Below, one piece after another: positions 12,631 through 24,949 of a stretch of 64,000 nucleotides of DNA. Position 1 is the first letter of the stretch. Each line of letters opens with the position of its first letter. Origin of the DNA: Marsupella aquatica (lineage: Eukaryota; Plantae; Marchantiophyta); assembly GCA_973895155.1 (NCBI GenBank), contig OZ316891.1:14787037-14851036 (forward strand). The letters run 5' to 3'. Made by a program: the position numbers and the translations under genes. The notes under the pieces were generated by a model. The model made no database searches, had not been told where the DNA came from, and was given only the letters and a program-made list of their open reading frames with translations.

Positions 12631-15600
12631 TCATGGTTGTACAAAAGCAGCTTCTGCAAGGTCAATTGCTCGGGATAGCCCTGCAGCCTTGTTGATACAC
12701 TCCTGATGTTCCGATGCAGGATCACTATCAGCGACTATACCTGCTCCAGCTTGCAAATACACTTGCCACTCGCGCCTACTGTTTGCATTTCTGTAGGAAT
12801 ACATGGTGTTGTATCTATCAAAAGTAGGGAACACCATGGTCCTTAGTGCCAAAGCAATGTCCATTTCACCTGTGAAGGAAACATGGCCAATACCACCGCT
12901 GTAGGGCCCTCGTCGTGTGGGTTCCAATTCGTCTATGAGTTGCATTGCTCTGACCTGCAATTCAAGAAAGCAGTAAGACGATACTTGAATAACATCGTAT
13001 GTGTATGAAACACACCTTCCAGAAGAATAGGGAGAGAAGTTTGTACGGCTTCTGTGCATGAACATAGCTGGAATTCACAGGAAAGGAGATCTGATTCCGT
13101 TCCTTTTCAACTCTGGGGTAGGCCAAGAATTTTTCGCAATATGTGAAGAGGGAGTACGCAACAACTACTGTACTTAGCAGCTCATCCAGGTACAAGGAAA
13201 TCGAAAGGATCAGCTGAGCTCACCTTTGGTGCGCCACTCACAGTTCCGACTGGTAGCGCAGCACGTAGTGCATCCCAACTTGTCATATCATCCAGAAGAT
13301 CACCAGTGACCTGCCAACCAAAAGCGAAGAAATGAACTGGAGTCAGAAATCACCACAGGAAAGGCGTAACTAGGTACAACAAGTAACTTATACGTGAAAC
13401 AGACTTCACACAACACATAAATCATGATTCTGAAGATGATGATAGGGTGCAAAATCATGCTATTCAGTACTGACACCCATAGAGGATGCATTTACTTTTC
13501 AAATCCTGATTGAAAAACAACTTGTACACCAAATCCCGGAAATCTTATAGACTGTGGAGTAAGCCAAACCAAAGCTGTTCTCATGGGTTGTGATTTGGAA
13601 ATAGAACTAAGCCTTACAGTGGAGCTCAAGTGCATAACATGTGAGTAGCGCTCAACCTCCATTAGCTTCTCGACAACCACTGACCCTGACTTTGAAACCT
13701 TCACAGCAACAGCAAGCCAGATCCAAGACATAAAATAAGTGATGACAGAATCCCTAGTGGACACACAGAGTCGATTTACTAATACAACTACATTAAAAAA
13801 ATCAAGTCATCGTACACAAGATGCCTAGCTAGATTCGCAAGGAAGAAAACAGAACAAATTACAAAACTTTTGAAATGCCCAGTAGAGGACAAGCTATGAA
13901 TTAGCTTACCTTCCCAACGTCATTCCGTCCGAGGTCCACCAACATTACATGCTCTGCAACCTCCTTCTCGTCCTTCCGGAGTCCCTCTTCTAAGAGTTTA
14001 TCATCTTCAGGAGTTTTTCCTCTCCTCCTCGTCCCAGCAAGAGGCCTGTTAACAACCTTCCCCTGAAATATCACAATGAAATGATGTCAAAGAAATTTCC
14101 GAGGATACGGGTGATTAGAATAGGATACATTAAGGAGAAATATACCGAGGGAAAACAAAATCAGAAGACTGGAAATCCAGGGACGGTACTCGTTAAGCAC
14201 CTTCTGTATGCGCGCCAAAATTTCAGGACTTGCACCAACCATAATTGATCCACGAGACTGTAAGGCGCACAGATTGACCACTACAACATCAGATTCATGA
14301 AGTCTCAGCCCGAACGTACATTCCATTATAATCAGATATGAGACGAACGAAGACCAAACATCCAGCCTCTTCTAGATATAATCTACTCGCATTCATTACC
14401 CGAAGTAGTTGAAGACAAACACATTCCTAATATACAGAGACGAACTGTGTTGGCCTTGCAAATTTTAGCTTGCTTTTAGGAGTAAGAGTTACTGAATAAG
14501 TGCATGAAGAAGGCTTCTATTTGTCGAACTGGTAAAATGTTATCGTTCCCCACTTCACAACAACCCTAAATAAACCTTGTCAATATGAGACTAATCTTAC
14601 TGCACATTCTTCTCTTCATGATGTTTCTTAGAGAGGCAAACCTGCAAGTAGATCATATAAGGACTGGGATTAACCACCCTCAATGCACGATAAACTTCAA
14701 ATGGATCTGCAAATGTGCGGCGCTCAAACCGCTGGCTGAGTACAATCTGGAAAATGTCTCCGGCCAGAATGTGCTCCTTGGCTTCCAAAATCTTGGCCTT
14801 GTACTCGTTCTCTGTCATGTTGGAGACTTGACTTGGTTCCCAATACTGTCCGAGCTTAAGATCGACAGTCCCGGCCAGAAGTCTCACCCTGAAACAGAGC
14901 CCACACATCCCTCGTTCACAACAGGACCCCACCACTGAACTATCCTTTGGAAGAGACTAGCTGCAACCGGGCCAACAATGTCAAAATTTGGCCGTTTCAG
15001 TTCACTACTTGACAGAATTGGATGAGCATTCAGAACGTGGTAATCATGATTCTCAGAAAAGTGACACAAACCCTTCAGAGTTTTGCAGTCGATCCACTAA
15101 AAGATCAAGTCGGCGCTTCCCATCATTGTACGCAGCTGCTGGAGTCTCAAAGTGGTCCATTTGCACCCAGTGGATAGCGTACACAAGCTATACATTTCCA
15201 GGACTTCAGTCAATAAGGTGAATTCGGAACATGCTGCGGAACCTTCCCATCAAATCTCCTGCTAGCACTTACATAGCCCAGATGGCAAATCTAAAGTTTA
15301 AAGGACAGACGTCTGACTGGATGCGTTAAATCATGTAGAACAACATTGTTCGAATAAGCTTGAAGGGAAGTCTATTGTTGTCATCCACCCGGGCTCTATG
15401 ACTCCCCTAGGCTCTAGGCCTCACATGCTAGGATCATTGTACTGGAATTGTGATAAAGCCAACGATACTCAGTGACCGCTCAAGCAGGAGTATTGAAAGT
15501 CTATACGAAAGGCACAACCAATCGATATCTAGCTCCCACCAAGACAGTCTCTAGATAAGCCACAAAAGATACCTTAGAGACGTGATCAAACACAACGACA

Positions 15601-17316
15601 TCAGTGTATAGTCCCAAGTGAATATCAGGTAAGCCTCTGTCGTCTTCTGGGGCACCGCTGAATGGCAGCTTTTTCCTCTCAACGTATCTCATTGTATCAT
15701 ATGAAAAATAGCCTACCCAACCACCTGCACCAAAATTTCGATGTGCGATTATTCTCCGGTCCAAAACACCACAAATTGGGTTCCAGGGACGCGGCTTAAC
15801 ACAAATTGGTAATGGTAATGGTAACGTATTATAAGCTCCGGGACCATAAAAGTCAAAGGAGCTGCAACAAAAATGAAAGTACAATGCAAAGGCTGCCAGG
15901 ACTGACATCAACCTCCCTGCAGACCTATACTGGACTAAGTCGACAATTCCCTTACGTCATATCATGGTTCTAAGTAATGAGCTCCTGTAAACTAAGGACA
16001 AAATTAAAGAAGTAGGCAGGTATAACGTACCACAAAACACATCGGGAAGTCCCTCCACCTTGACAGGCTTCCACTTGGAAGTTATGTCTCCCGGTGCACT
16101 CATTGGGTCCTCCACAACCCTCTCCTCCCTTGAACCCTCCTCATGGTTCAGAACCGTCAGGCTGTTCTCCTTGGCAATGATCTCCATGGCCGGCTGAGCT
16201 CCAAGCATGCTGAATTGCCCCTGCGTTGGCCACAGAAGAACAATCTCAAACTTACAGCAGAACAATCAGAAAAAATTATCCGATAAAGTGGTCAACAACT
16301 AGGAATGAGGCTTGCCATCATGCTGAGGGTAAGCTCAATTACTAATTGCCACGAGGAAGACACATTGCTTCACATACCGTATGGCTCGAGACCTCTCCGT
16401 GTTCAATCGATTCGAAGAGAAAGCTGGGAGCGTCTCGCTCATCCTCCTTCACAAGGCATCGGTAAGCTAGCACGGGCGTGAGCTGGTCCGAAAATATTCG
16501 CTTAAAAACAGGTATCAGACTCCCCTTCTGGGCTGCCTCCATGAATTGAATTCGATCTTCACATCAGGAATTGAGACAGCAAAGAAAGAGTGTGCAGCTC
16601 CTGTAATTAGATTCACAGGTCAAGGAGACGAGAAAGCGACGACCCAACATTGTTCCTGCTAATGAGATTCAGATTTCAATTTGAGGTCACGGGAGACAAC
16701 TAATGAAACTAATGACTCAAATTCCAAACCTCGAGCTCGAAAATTACAGAACAGCTCGTCTGATGAGACAGGTCGAGGAGCTCAGTCGTCGAATTTTTTT
16801 CAAAACGAGATTGGACCAAAATGAATGGACCAAAATGAAAAGCCGGTCTCAAACTGCACCAGGCTGAGATGAACGTAGGATACAATTGACAGTATCTGCA
16901 GAATTTGGACTTACTGTACTATTAAAGAGGGGGAGATACAGAGATGGAGAAACGGAAAGGGGACATGAAGAAAGCTTACCGGGTGACGAATCCGGAGCAT
17001 CCACTGGAGCTGACCCGGGTACTGTGCGCAGAGCCGAGCAGGTCCCGGCGGCTCGACGGACCCCCGGCTTCTGAATCTTGGCAAGATTCGCACATCCAAT
17101 GCCCGCAGCAGCTCGGCCGCGTTGTGACAGAGACGGTCCCTCTGCCATGGCGAAGAATTTGGATGCTTCAGAGACGGACATGAGCGACCTCGAGCAGCCA
17201 ACGCAGCAACGAACTCCATCCGCCCCAACTGCGGCATTAGGAGCTACAAAACGACCTATTGCTGGTGTGCTTGCCATTTTTTCCAAGCCGAAGGGAGCCG
17301 CCTGCAAACTCTTCAT
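12631..17316 (-). CDS. ASA: Anthranilate synthase alpha subunit with probable plastid transit peptide; 11 exons: 17316(or 17277)-16980, 16556-16378, 16220-16031, 15724-15573, 15187-15072, 14888-14642, 14257-14201, 14062-13910, 13698-13618, 13310-13224, 12954-12631
   Basis: GT-AG junctions give a continuous TrpE-like protein: [107 protein letters not shown]. The N-terminus is Ser/Ala/Arg-rich. Confidence 0.95.
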
Positions 17317-17904
17317 CGTGCCTCCGGTAATGGATTGCCACTATGATCTAGCAGATATTCCGGGAACCAGAGCAGCATAGATCCTGGGAGACTCCCCACC
17401 TCTTTGAGAGGAATGCCCCCTCAACCGTCGAAAAACCCTCTGGGTTGGAATTCGCTGAACAGGAAATTCATCAGTCAGCGACAGAGCAACATACAGACAA
17501 AGTCAGGTTGAGGATTGAGCGATGCCGTGTAAATCGCGTGGGGCCGGACCTTTGAAATCAACGGAACCAGAAGTGGATTTGAGGCAGAGCAGTAGAAAGA
17601 CTGAGAGTCAGATTCAACGATGGCGCAGAAATCGAGTGGGGCCCGACAGTCCGAGCTCGGGGCAGAAGATTTCCAAGCCGGATAGAAAGAATATTTAAAG
17701 CATGGAGAGAAAATTTGCCGCGAGATTTTCGTCTCCGACTTTTCAGAAAATCGAAAAGACAGTGAAGGCAGAAATCATCAGAGTGCGAAAGAGGATGGAC
17801 ATTGTAGAGAGGCTAGGAAGAGAGCCTTGATCGAGCCAGACACGAGCATAGGAAATGTTTCGTTGGAGTTGCCTTTTTGGCTACTGTATTGCTTGGTGGA
17901 TGTC

Positions 17905-18340
17905 AACCAGCTCTGGTTACTCTGGTTATGGCAGACTACTGTAGTTAACCAGAGTAACCCAAACTCATGTACAGTAGAAGATAACCGCAGTTTGGGCTGG
18001 GGTGTAAGCTTGTAACCCTCTGACCACATATTGAGTAAAAGTTGACTAGCGGGCAACTGAGATGCTCTGGTCATGTTCACACTAGTTAACCAGAGTTACC
18101 CAAATTCAGGTATAGGATAATGGCGGTTTGGGCTGGGGTTACTAGCTTGTAACCCTCTGACCACATAGTGAGTGAAAGTTGACTGGCAGGCAACTGAGAT
18201 GCTCTGGTTATGTTCACACTAGTTAACCAGAATAACCCAAATTCATGTATAGGATAATGGCGGTTTGGGCTGGGGTTACTAGATTGTAGCCCTCTGACCA
18301 AAACATGGTAAAAGTTGACTAGTGGGAAACTGAGAAGCTT
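17905..18340. repeat. ~140-bp tandem repeat, ~3 copies
   Basis: tagttaaccagag..acccaaa...tttgggctgggg...ccctctgacca starts at ~17942, 18083 and 18220. Confidence 0.9.
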
Positions 18341-18603
18341 TTCCTAAAGGTGGTGTTAACTAGCTTGGCATTGTGGTTAAACACTGAGTTATAAGGTGTT
18401 AACCAGTTTTGGACGGGTATACTAGCCCAGAAAGGTATTGCCTCCAAGTAAGAGTAAGGTAGTGCAATACCCAAGCTGGTAGATATAAATTTTAGCTTGG
18501 TAAATAGTCCTTTCATTTTTTATTAGTGCCTGGCCCTAAATCTTTGGCATGGATTCCTCTCTGCTTGCTAAAACTGTGTACTTAATTCTATTGCGTTAGT
18601 ATC

Positions 18604-18773
18604 TTTCTTTTCATTTCTACAATGGATCTCAATTGTTCAAGCCATATGAAACTTACCCATTTTCTTTTCATTTCTACAATGGATCTCAATTGTTCAAGCC
18701 ATATGAAACTTACCCATTTTCTTTTCATTTATACAATAGATCTCAATAGTTCAAGCCATATGAAACTTACCCA
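18604..18773. repeat. 57-bp tandem repeat, 3 copies
   Basis: tttcttttcatttctacaatggatctcaattgttcaagccatatgaaacttaccca x3. Confidence 0.95.
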
Positions 18774-18869
18774 AGATACTGTTGCTCAAACTGATCAATA
18801 TGTTGGAGAGCTTTTGCGCTTATCTATGTTGAGTAAAAATGACCATTACTCATAAGAAAGCATGTGTAT

Positions 18870-19060
18870 CCATTAAATACACAAGTAATTGACACAAGAG
18901 ATATGCGGTTCACCTCACAGGAGACTATGTACACGGTAACACCCAATAGAGCTTTACTTAACTCTAAGCCTATCGCCATACCGAGACTCCACAAACTAAC
19001 CTCTTCCTATGTGTCAACTGGCTTAGTAACAATGCGGATAAGTTACTCCACTAAGTTTGT
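18870..19060 (-). repeat. Inverted copy of an old dispersed repeat family
   Basis: ggttcacc...gtacacggtaacac...agagctttact..tctaagcc and aactggcttagtaacaatg are degenerate reverse complements of blocks in 31900-32045. Confidence 0.65.
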
Positions 19061-20252
19061 TAGTGTAACTAATAGTTACACATCTAACCTTAACCTAGCA
19101 CTTGACTTGGTTCAACTAGTCCTGATTACATAGTAACTCTAGACTTATGAGTAAATGTTTATCATGTAGACATACTTTAGAGAGTGTATTTCTATTTGGA
19201 CAAGATTATCCAACTAGACTTCATTGTTGGTGGGCTCTTAGTGAGATAGGTCTCCTGTTGCCTTAAAGACAGGCACATTTGCTATATTGCAAAGCCAAGT
19301 TGACAGTTGAAAGGGTGTAAATAAAGTTTAAGTACCTCCATTTTACAGCAAGCATCAACATTGTGGAAAGTGGTCCAAGGGGTTGTAAAACAATCCCTCA
19401 AAGTCTCCCAACCTGCTAGGCTCTTCCCCCAAAGTCTCATAACCCCCTACCCAGATTGGCCATAGGGTTATGGTTGATAATTGTGAAACAAGATGAGTAA
19501 AGGTGACATGAGAGGAGTTTAGGGGGACATTGCAGGCAGCAAGGGATTTATTAACTTTTGTATTCTTTGCCCACAGCCGATTTGAACCATACCCTAGCCT
19601 AGCCTTCCCTATTGTACAACAGCAGGTCTCAAGTCTCAGATTTATTGTACCTTACTATTAGGTTAAGGTTACAGACAAAATTCACAATCAATAATTTTTT
19701 GCCTTCAGAATTTGACTCTATAGGGTAGTGAAATGAACTTTTCAAAACAACCATACAACCATGTGTATCAACCCTGTGTGTAAAGTTAGGGTCATTTCTT
19801 TATGGTCAAAAACTATCACCTGTACAGATGAAGCTTTGAGACTCCATGATTTTTTCTTGTCCTGTGTATAAAGTTAGGGTCATTTCTTTAGGATTTAGGG
19901 TGTGTCAAAGTTCTCCTGTTTGTAGATGTTTGGAGTTAACTGCTTTTGGGGTGAATATTTTGGTAGCCCATAGTGATTTTGTCTTCGCCTTCAAAGCAGT
20001 TTATGTCCTGAACAGTAACTCAGTTAGAGGTGTAGAGATGTGCTTTGACACTCCCTAATGACAATCACTTGTACAAATGAAGCTTGAAACCCCATTATTT
20101 TTTCTCTCCCAGTGTGTAAAGTTAGTCATTTCTTTATGGCCAATAATCAGCGTTACAGATGAACAGGTGAAGCTTGGAGGCGCCATGCTTTTTTTCTCTC
20201 GTTTGGAATGGAAGACCCTATGGCATCCAATGTGTTGGAGTGAGTTTTCAGA

Positions 20253-22434
20253 CACAAATGCGGTGTCGTACAACACATTTGTTATGTCGTACAACCATCC
20301 ATGTGAGTAGTGTTTTTATCTAGATGCCAGTGTCCAGTGGGAGGGAAAATTGGCAGGTCATGTGAGATCGGGGAAAAACAAATTTTGATTTGTGTGAAGC
20401 GCGCCTCACACGTCGCTTCTAGGTTCTGAAAATCTAGGGTTGACGGTAAAAATAAAAATGTATAATGTGAGTATGAAATCGATAGGGAGGTGGAGAGGAG
20501 TAAAACTAGACCAGATCAGAATGGGGTAGGAGAGTTTAGGGTCCATTATATTGAATGTAAAGAGAGAATTGTTTACTAGAATCAATGGTACCCCATATTT
20601 AAATAACGCGCCTATTGATCGATACCCAGGAAAGAAGATACCGTCCTATCTTCTTTGCACTTCAACCAACGCACTATGCTTGACTTTCTGGGGAACAAGG
20701 TAGCTGAAACAAATTCACCCGTCGAAGAGAATACGTTCAAACTCCCGGCTCTAATTTACAACTACTACAAAAAACATTCGACTCTTACCTGAAGTTTTCC
20801 CATCATCTAAAATCTTAAAGTTTCCCTTCCCTGAAGCTCATATTGTTTTTCCTTCCCCGCCCTTCCTCAAGTTTTTCTCCCCCCACGCCTGAAGCTAGAG
20901 TTTTTTTTTCTTCCCCCGTGAAGGTGAAGTTTTTTTTTCTTCCTCGAAAAAGCTGATTTTTTTTTCTTGCTTTGGTTTTTGCTTTTTTTCTTCTCCCCCA
21001 CTGTCACATTATGTACGGTTTACATCATGTGTGAAAAAAACTAGGATACAATGTACGGATTCGATGAAAAAAAATCACCCCTGGTTTAGGGAACCAATAG
21101 AGAGCAGGTAAATTCAGGCATGTACTTCAGCCGGTATCTGTCCCTGCAATACCCAAAATGCCGGTCCGGTGAGGTTTAGGGTCTTTTCAGTACGTTGAAA
21201 GTCCTTATGCCGGCGCAGGCCACCTTCATGGGGTACCCTCATTGATCAAAGTACCATCGTTGATAAGCGTACCCATTGATAAGAGTACGGAACATAAGAC
21301 TACCCTCATTGATAAGAGTACTACCCTCATGCACAAGGGTACCCTCAGGAGATAAAAGTATCATCATATCAAAGTACCATCGTTGATAAACGTACCCATT
21401 GATAAGCGTACCCTCATTGATAAGAGTACCCTCATTGCTAAGGGTGCCCTCATTAATAAGAGTACCCTCATTAATAAGAGTACCCTCGTTGATAAGCATA
21501 CCTGTAGATAAAAGTACCTTCACTGATAAGAGTACCTTCATGCTAATGCAAGGCCGGCCAGAACTCTTGACAACAGACGGGGCCTGCTTGCCGGAAAATA
21601 TCCGGCGGCAAGAAGTCAAATTTCAGGGAGTCCTACTAATAATGATGGAACAGGTGAATTAATTTCCAGTCGGCCTCTCCATTGGCTCCCTCAACTAACT
21701 TTGTAGTTTTTTTTCCCAACTCAGTAAAGAATGTTTTTTTCCGCACACTCAAAGTTTCAGTTGTGCACATGATTTCTTGCGATGCCAAAATTTTCGCACC
21801 AACTTGCGAGACAAATTTTGTGCACTTTTTTGTGCGATGTGATAACTCCAGTCCAGAAGTGTGCTTTAGAAAATATTTTGCACCAGACCAGATGTTTCTT
21901 GTCTTGTAGTACCCAGTTGAAAATGTTTGCAACATAGGTATCACAAGATGCGATAGGAAATTTGTCGCACAGGTTTTGCCATTCCAAAGTTTTTGCACAG
22001 GGGACGTGCATGTGCATACGTGCTGTCAAATCAAATTTTTTGCACCAGATATTCCTCATGTTTTTTTGCGCCCTACCATAAAAGTAAATATTACAAAAAC
22101 AAATACCATTGATTTCATCCCAAATTCTATCTCTTGTGTTGGATGTGCATTTTGTTGGGCATAGGAAAGGCGAGGAGAGTTTTTTTAGTCTAGAGAGTAC
22201 ACCGTGATGAAAATATGATATCTGAGGTGCAAAAAAATATGCGCTGGTAAATGTGTTCCCATTCCAATGAATTACAGAGCTTGTTGTTATGTTCACTGAA
22301 AACAGGAGAGTAAATAGGTTAACCCTCCAAAATAAAGGGATGCAAAAAAACAATCTAAACCCTAAACATTGGCGCTTAAAATAGTGTTTTGCGCCCAACT
22401 ATATGTATGACATAACAAATGTGTTGTATTTGTG
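20253..22434. mobile_element. Putative non-autonomous inverted-repeat-bounded element (~2.2 kb) with an internal minisatellite
   Basis: 20269-20293 tacaacacatttgttatgtcgtaca is the reverse complement of 22404-22428 (24/25 match), with outer cacaaat/atttgtg. No coding capacity and no TSD resolved. Confidence 0.5.
21232..21541. repeat. 18-bp minisatellite
   Basis: Unit taagagtaccctcattga in many degenerate copies; it generates the spurious NEGTLI and RVPSLI ORFs. Confidence 0.92.
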
Positions 22435-22931
22435 ACCAAAAACTCAATGAAAGATATTGGATACCAGACCCACATTATGGGACGCAACTTCTCCCGTGAT
22501 GGTGAAGCTTTTCCCTCGTTGGAATTCTTCCCGCCAATATAGATTTTGGGTCGTGCAATGCGGTGAGACCTTCTGAGGTCCAAAGGAGATTTTGTGCGCG
22601 GAGGTCTCACGGCGGATGCAAGAACTCGTACCAAGCTTCGGGCAACTTTATCACATTGTCACTGTCCGGAATTCCCTCTAGAGTCTAGACCCTCACTGTA
22701 TGATTTCTCCAGCACATGGTTGTAGGGTTTTATCTCTGCAGCACTTGCTCGTCTCTTGTCTTGTAGATTTCATAATTGCTGCAGCAAGCAAATCAGATTA
22801 GGCGGAGTAGAAAGCTGGCATTGAAAGGGTGGCACTGGCATTTGCAGAATTGTTTGCAGTTCGAGGGGAAGAATAAGAGTTTGCATTTTAAGATAGGCAT
22901 TGGTTTGTGCATTGTTTGATTGGAGAGTGTA

Positions 22932-24266
22932 ATGTCGAGCTCGGGCAAACGCCGTGCTGATTCGGAGGACGAGAGTGACGAAGAAGAGGAGGAGGAGGAC
23001 GTGCGTGTTAAGCGACGACAAGGTGCACCACGTGAGGCTCCAAAAGCACAGGCCACAGCTGCCCTGAATTTCAAGAAGAAGCTTAAGCCAGATAGCGTAA
23101 TCCTTGCTTCCATTAAGAACTTCTCCGAATCCACCCAAAAAGCGAAGGTCGAGACGCGAACTCTTGCAGATCTCAATCTCCTTCAGGCTTGTAAGGAGGT
23201 CGTGGATCTTAATACTACGGACGTTCTTTCCGAAATTGAGAAGACTTTCTTGCATATTGCCAAGTCCATTCTTAGGGGTCAGGGGTTCGGTTACAATGTT
23301 CCAGTTCGGAGTAGTGCCAACCAGCTCTATGTCCCCGAATTGGACCGCATCGTTCTTAAAGACAAGGCATCTTTCCGTCCTTTCGCCAACATGTCCAGTG
23401 TGCGAAAGACCGCCATAACCACAAGAATTTTGCAGCTCGTGCACCAACTCTGTCAGAAACGAATTCACGTGACAAAACGTGATCTGTTTTATACAGACGT
23501 CAAGCTTTTTCAAGAGCAGGGTCAGTCAGACAGCGTTCTGGACGATGTATCGTGCATGCTGGGGTGCACAAGATCTAGTTTGAATGTAGTGGCTTCGGAG
23601 AAAGGGGTTGTCGTCGGAAGATTAATCTTCGTCGAGGATGGAGATAGAATTGACTGTACGAAAATGGGAGTTGGAGGAAAGGCTATTCCACCTAACATTG
23701 ACAAAGTCCGGGACTTCGAAAGCGATGCTCTGTTCATCTTGCTGGTGGAAAAGGATGCTGCATTCATGCGCCTTGCTGAAGACCGATTCTACAACCGTTT
23801 TCCTTGCGTTATTATCACAGCGAAGGGTCAGCCGGATGTTGCTACGCGGCTCTTTCTGAAAAAGATGAAGACCGACTTGAAGCTGCCAGTTCTAGGGCTA
23901 GTGGACAGTGATCCCTATGGTCTGAAAATTCTGTCTGTCTATCTAAGTGGATCCAAAAACATGTCCTATGATAGCTCTAATCTTACTACTCCAGACATAA
24001 AGTGGCTTGGGGTTCGGCCTACGGACCTTGATAAGTACAAGATTCCCGAGCAATGTCGGCTACCAATGACAGATCAGGATATTAAGACAGGGAAGGATTT
24101 GTTAGAAGAGGATTTTATCAAGAAGGATCCTAACTGGATTAGGGAGCTCGAGCTGATGGTAAAGACCAAGGAGAAAGCTGAGATACAAGCTTTGAGCAGT
24201 TTTGGCTTTCAGTATCTTTCGGAGGTTTACTTACCTCTCAAAATTCAGCAAAGAGATTGGATCTAG
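22932..24266 (+). CDS. SPO11-3: DNA topoisomerase VI subunit A (SPO11-3/RHL2/BIN5), intronless CDS, 444 aa
   Basis: Catalytic-Tyr motif [31 protein letters not shown], toprim [32 protein letters not shown]. First ATG at 22932. Confidence 0.96.
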   Translation: MSSSGKRRADSEDESDEEEEEEDVRVKRRQGAPREAPKAQATAALNFKKKLKPDSVILASIKNFSESTQKAKVETRTLADLNLLQACKEVVDLNTTDVLSEIEKTFLHIAKSILRGQGFGYNVPVRSSANQLYVPELDRIVLKDKASFRPFANMSSVRKTAITTRILQLVHQLCQKRIHVTKRDLFYTDVKLFQEQGQSDSVLDDVSCMLGCTRSSLNVVASEKGVVVGRLIFVEDGDRIDCTKMGVGGKAIPPNIDKVRDFESDALFILLVEKDAAFMRLAEDRFYNRFPCVIITAKGQPDVATRLFLKKMKTDLKLPVLGLVDSDPYGLKILSVYLSGSKNMSYDSSNLTTPDIKWLGVRPTDLDKYKIPEQCRLPMTDQDIKTGKDLLEEDFIKKDPNWIRELELMVKTKEKAEIQALSSFGFQYLSEVYLPLKIQQRDWI

Positions 24267-24949
24267 TGTCTACTGTACTCGGACGATTGTGCTTTTGAAT
24301 TGATGGGTCTCTGGAAGATTATCAAATATCTTGCAAGTGATAACTTTTTCATATCCCTTCAGTCATTCACAGCACAAGAAGTGATTAATCAGTTGGGCTC
24401 TTCTCTACTGTAATTGTCGCAGAACGCATGGATAGGCAGGCTACTGTTGTAACTCTCGTGGTACGACATGACCTAATGTTTGAGGGGTACTGACCCATGT
24501 GGTAAGCCCATCGAAGCGAACTTCGATCCTGTTGTCGTTAAGAGCTTTTTCAGTCAATTTGTGATCTAGGCTTCAGCCAAGCTATAGTTATACAGTACCT
24601 AGACAGGGTTAGGTATATGTGCCAATTAAAACCCTAAGTACTCAAGCTTGAATCCGGGGTTGTCCCCTAATTGCCCTAAATATTTACCGCCACTATGTTA
24701 CGTTTAATCAGAGAATTTTTGGAAGCCATCTGTATGCTCCCGTTTCACCTCTTCGGGTTCTGTTCTCAGCTTCCACGTATCCCGTGCATTACAGTGTCGA
24801 TATTGAAATGTCAATGTTTAGGCTCACTTCTCTCTTGCTCCAACCGATTTTCCTGTCCAAGCTCGTTTCCCTCTTGCTCCGACCAGGTTGAATCTCTGCT
24901 TACATCTGTTCCGATGTTCCGTTCAGAAGAGCATCACAGAACAGTCTTC

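Noticed and set aside
21239-21662. ORFs with NEGTLI or RVPSLI repeats resembling a beta-helix protein
   Set aside because: Product of an 18-bp minisatellite that is open on both strands, with no flanking gene structure.
22770-23513. 247-aa minus-strand ORF
   Set aside because: Antisense shadow of SPO11-3.
22932-24266. Meiotic SPO11-1/-2, or an archaeal TopoVI transfer
   Set aside because: The motifs match the conserved plant SPO11-3 (somatic TopoVI A) type.
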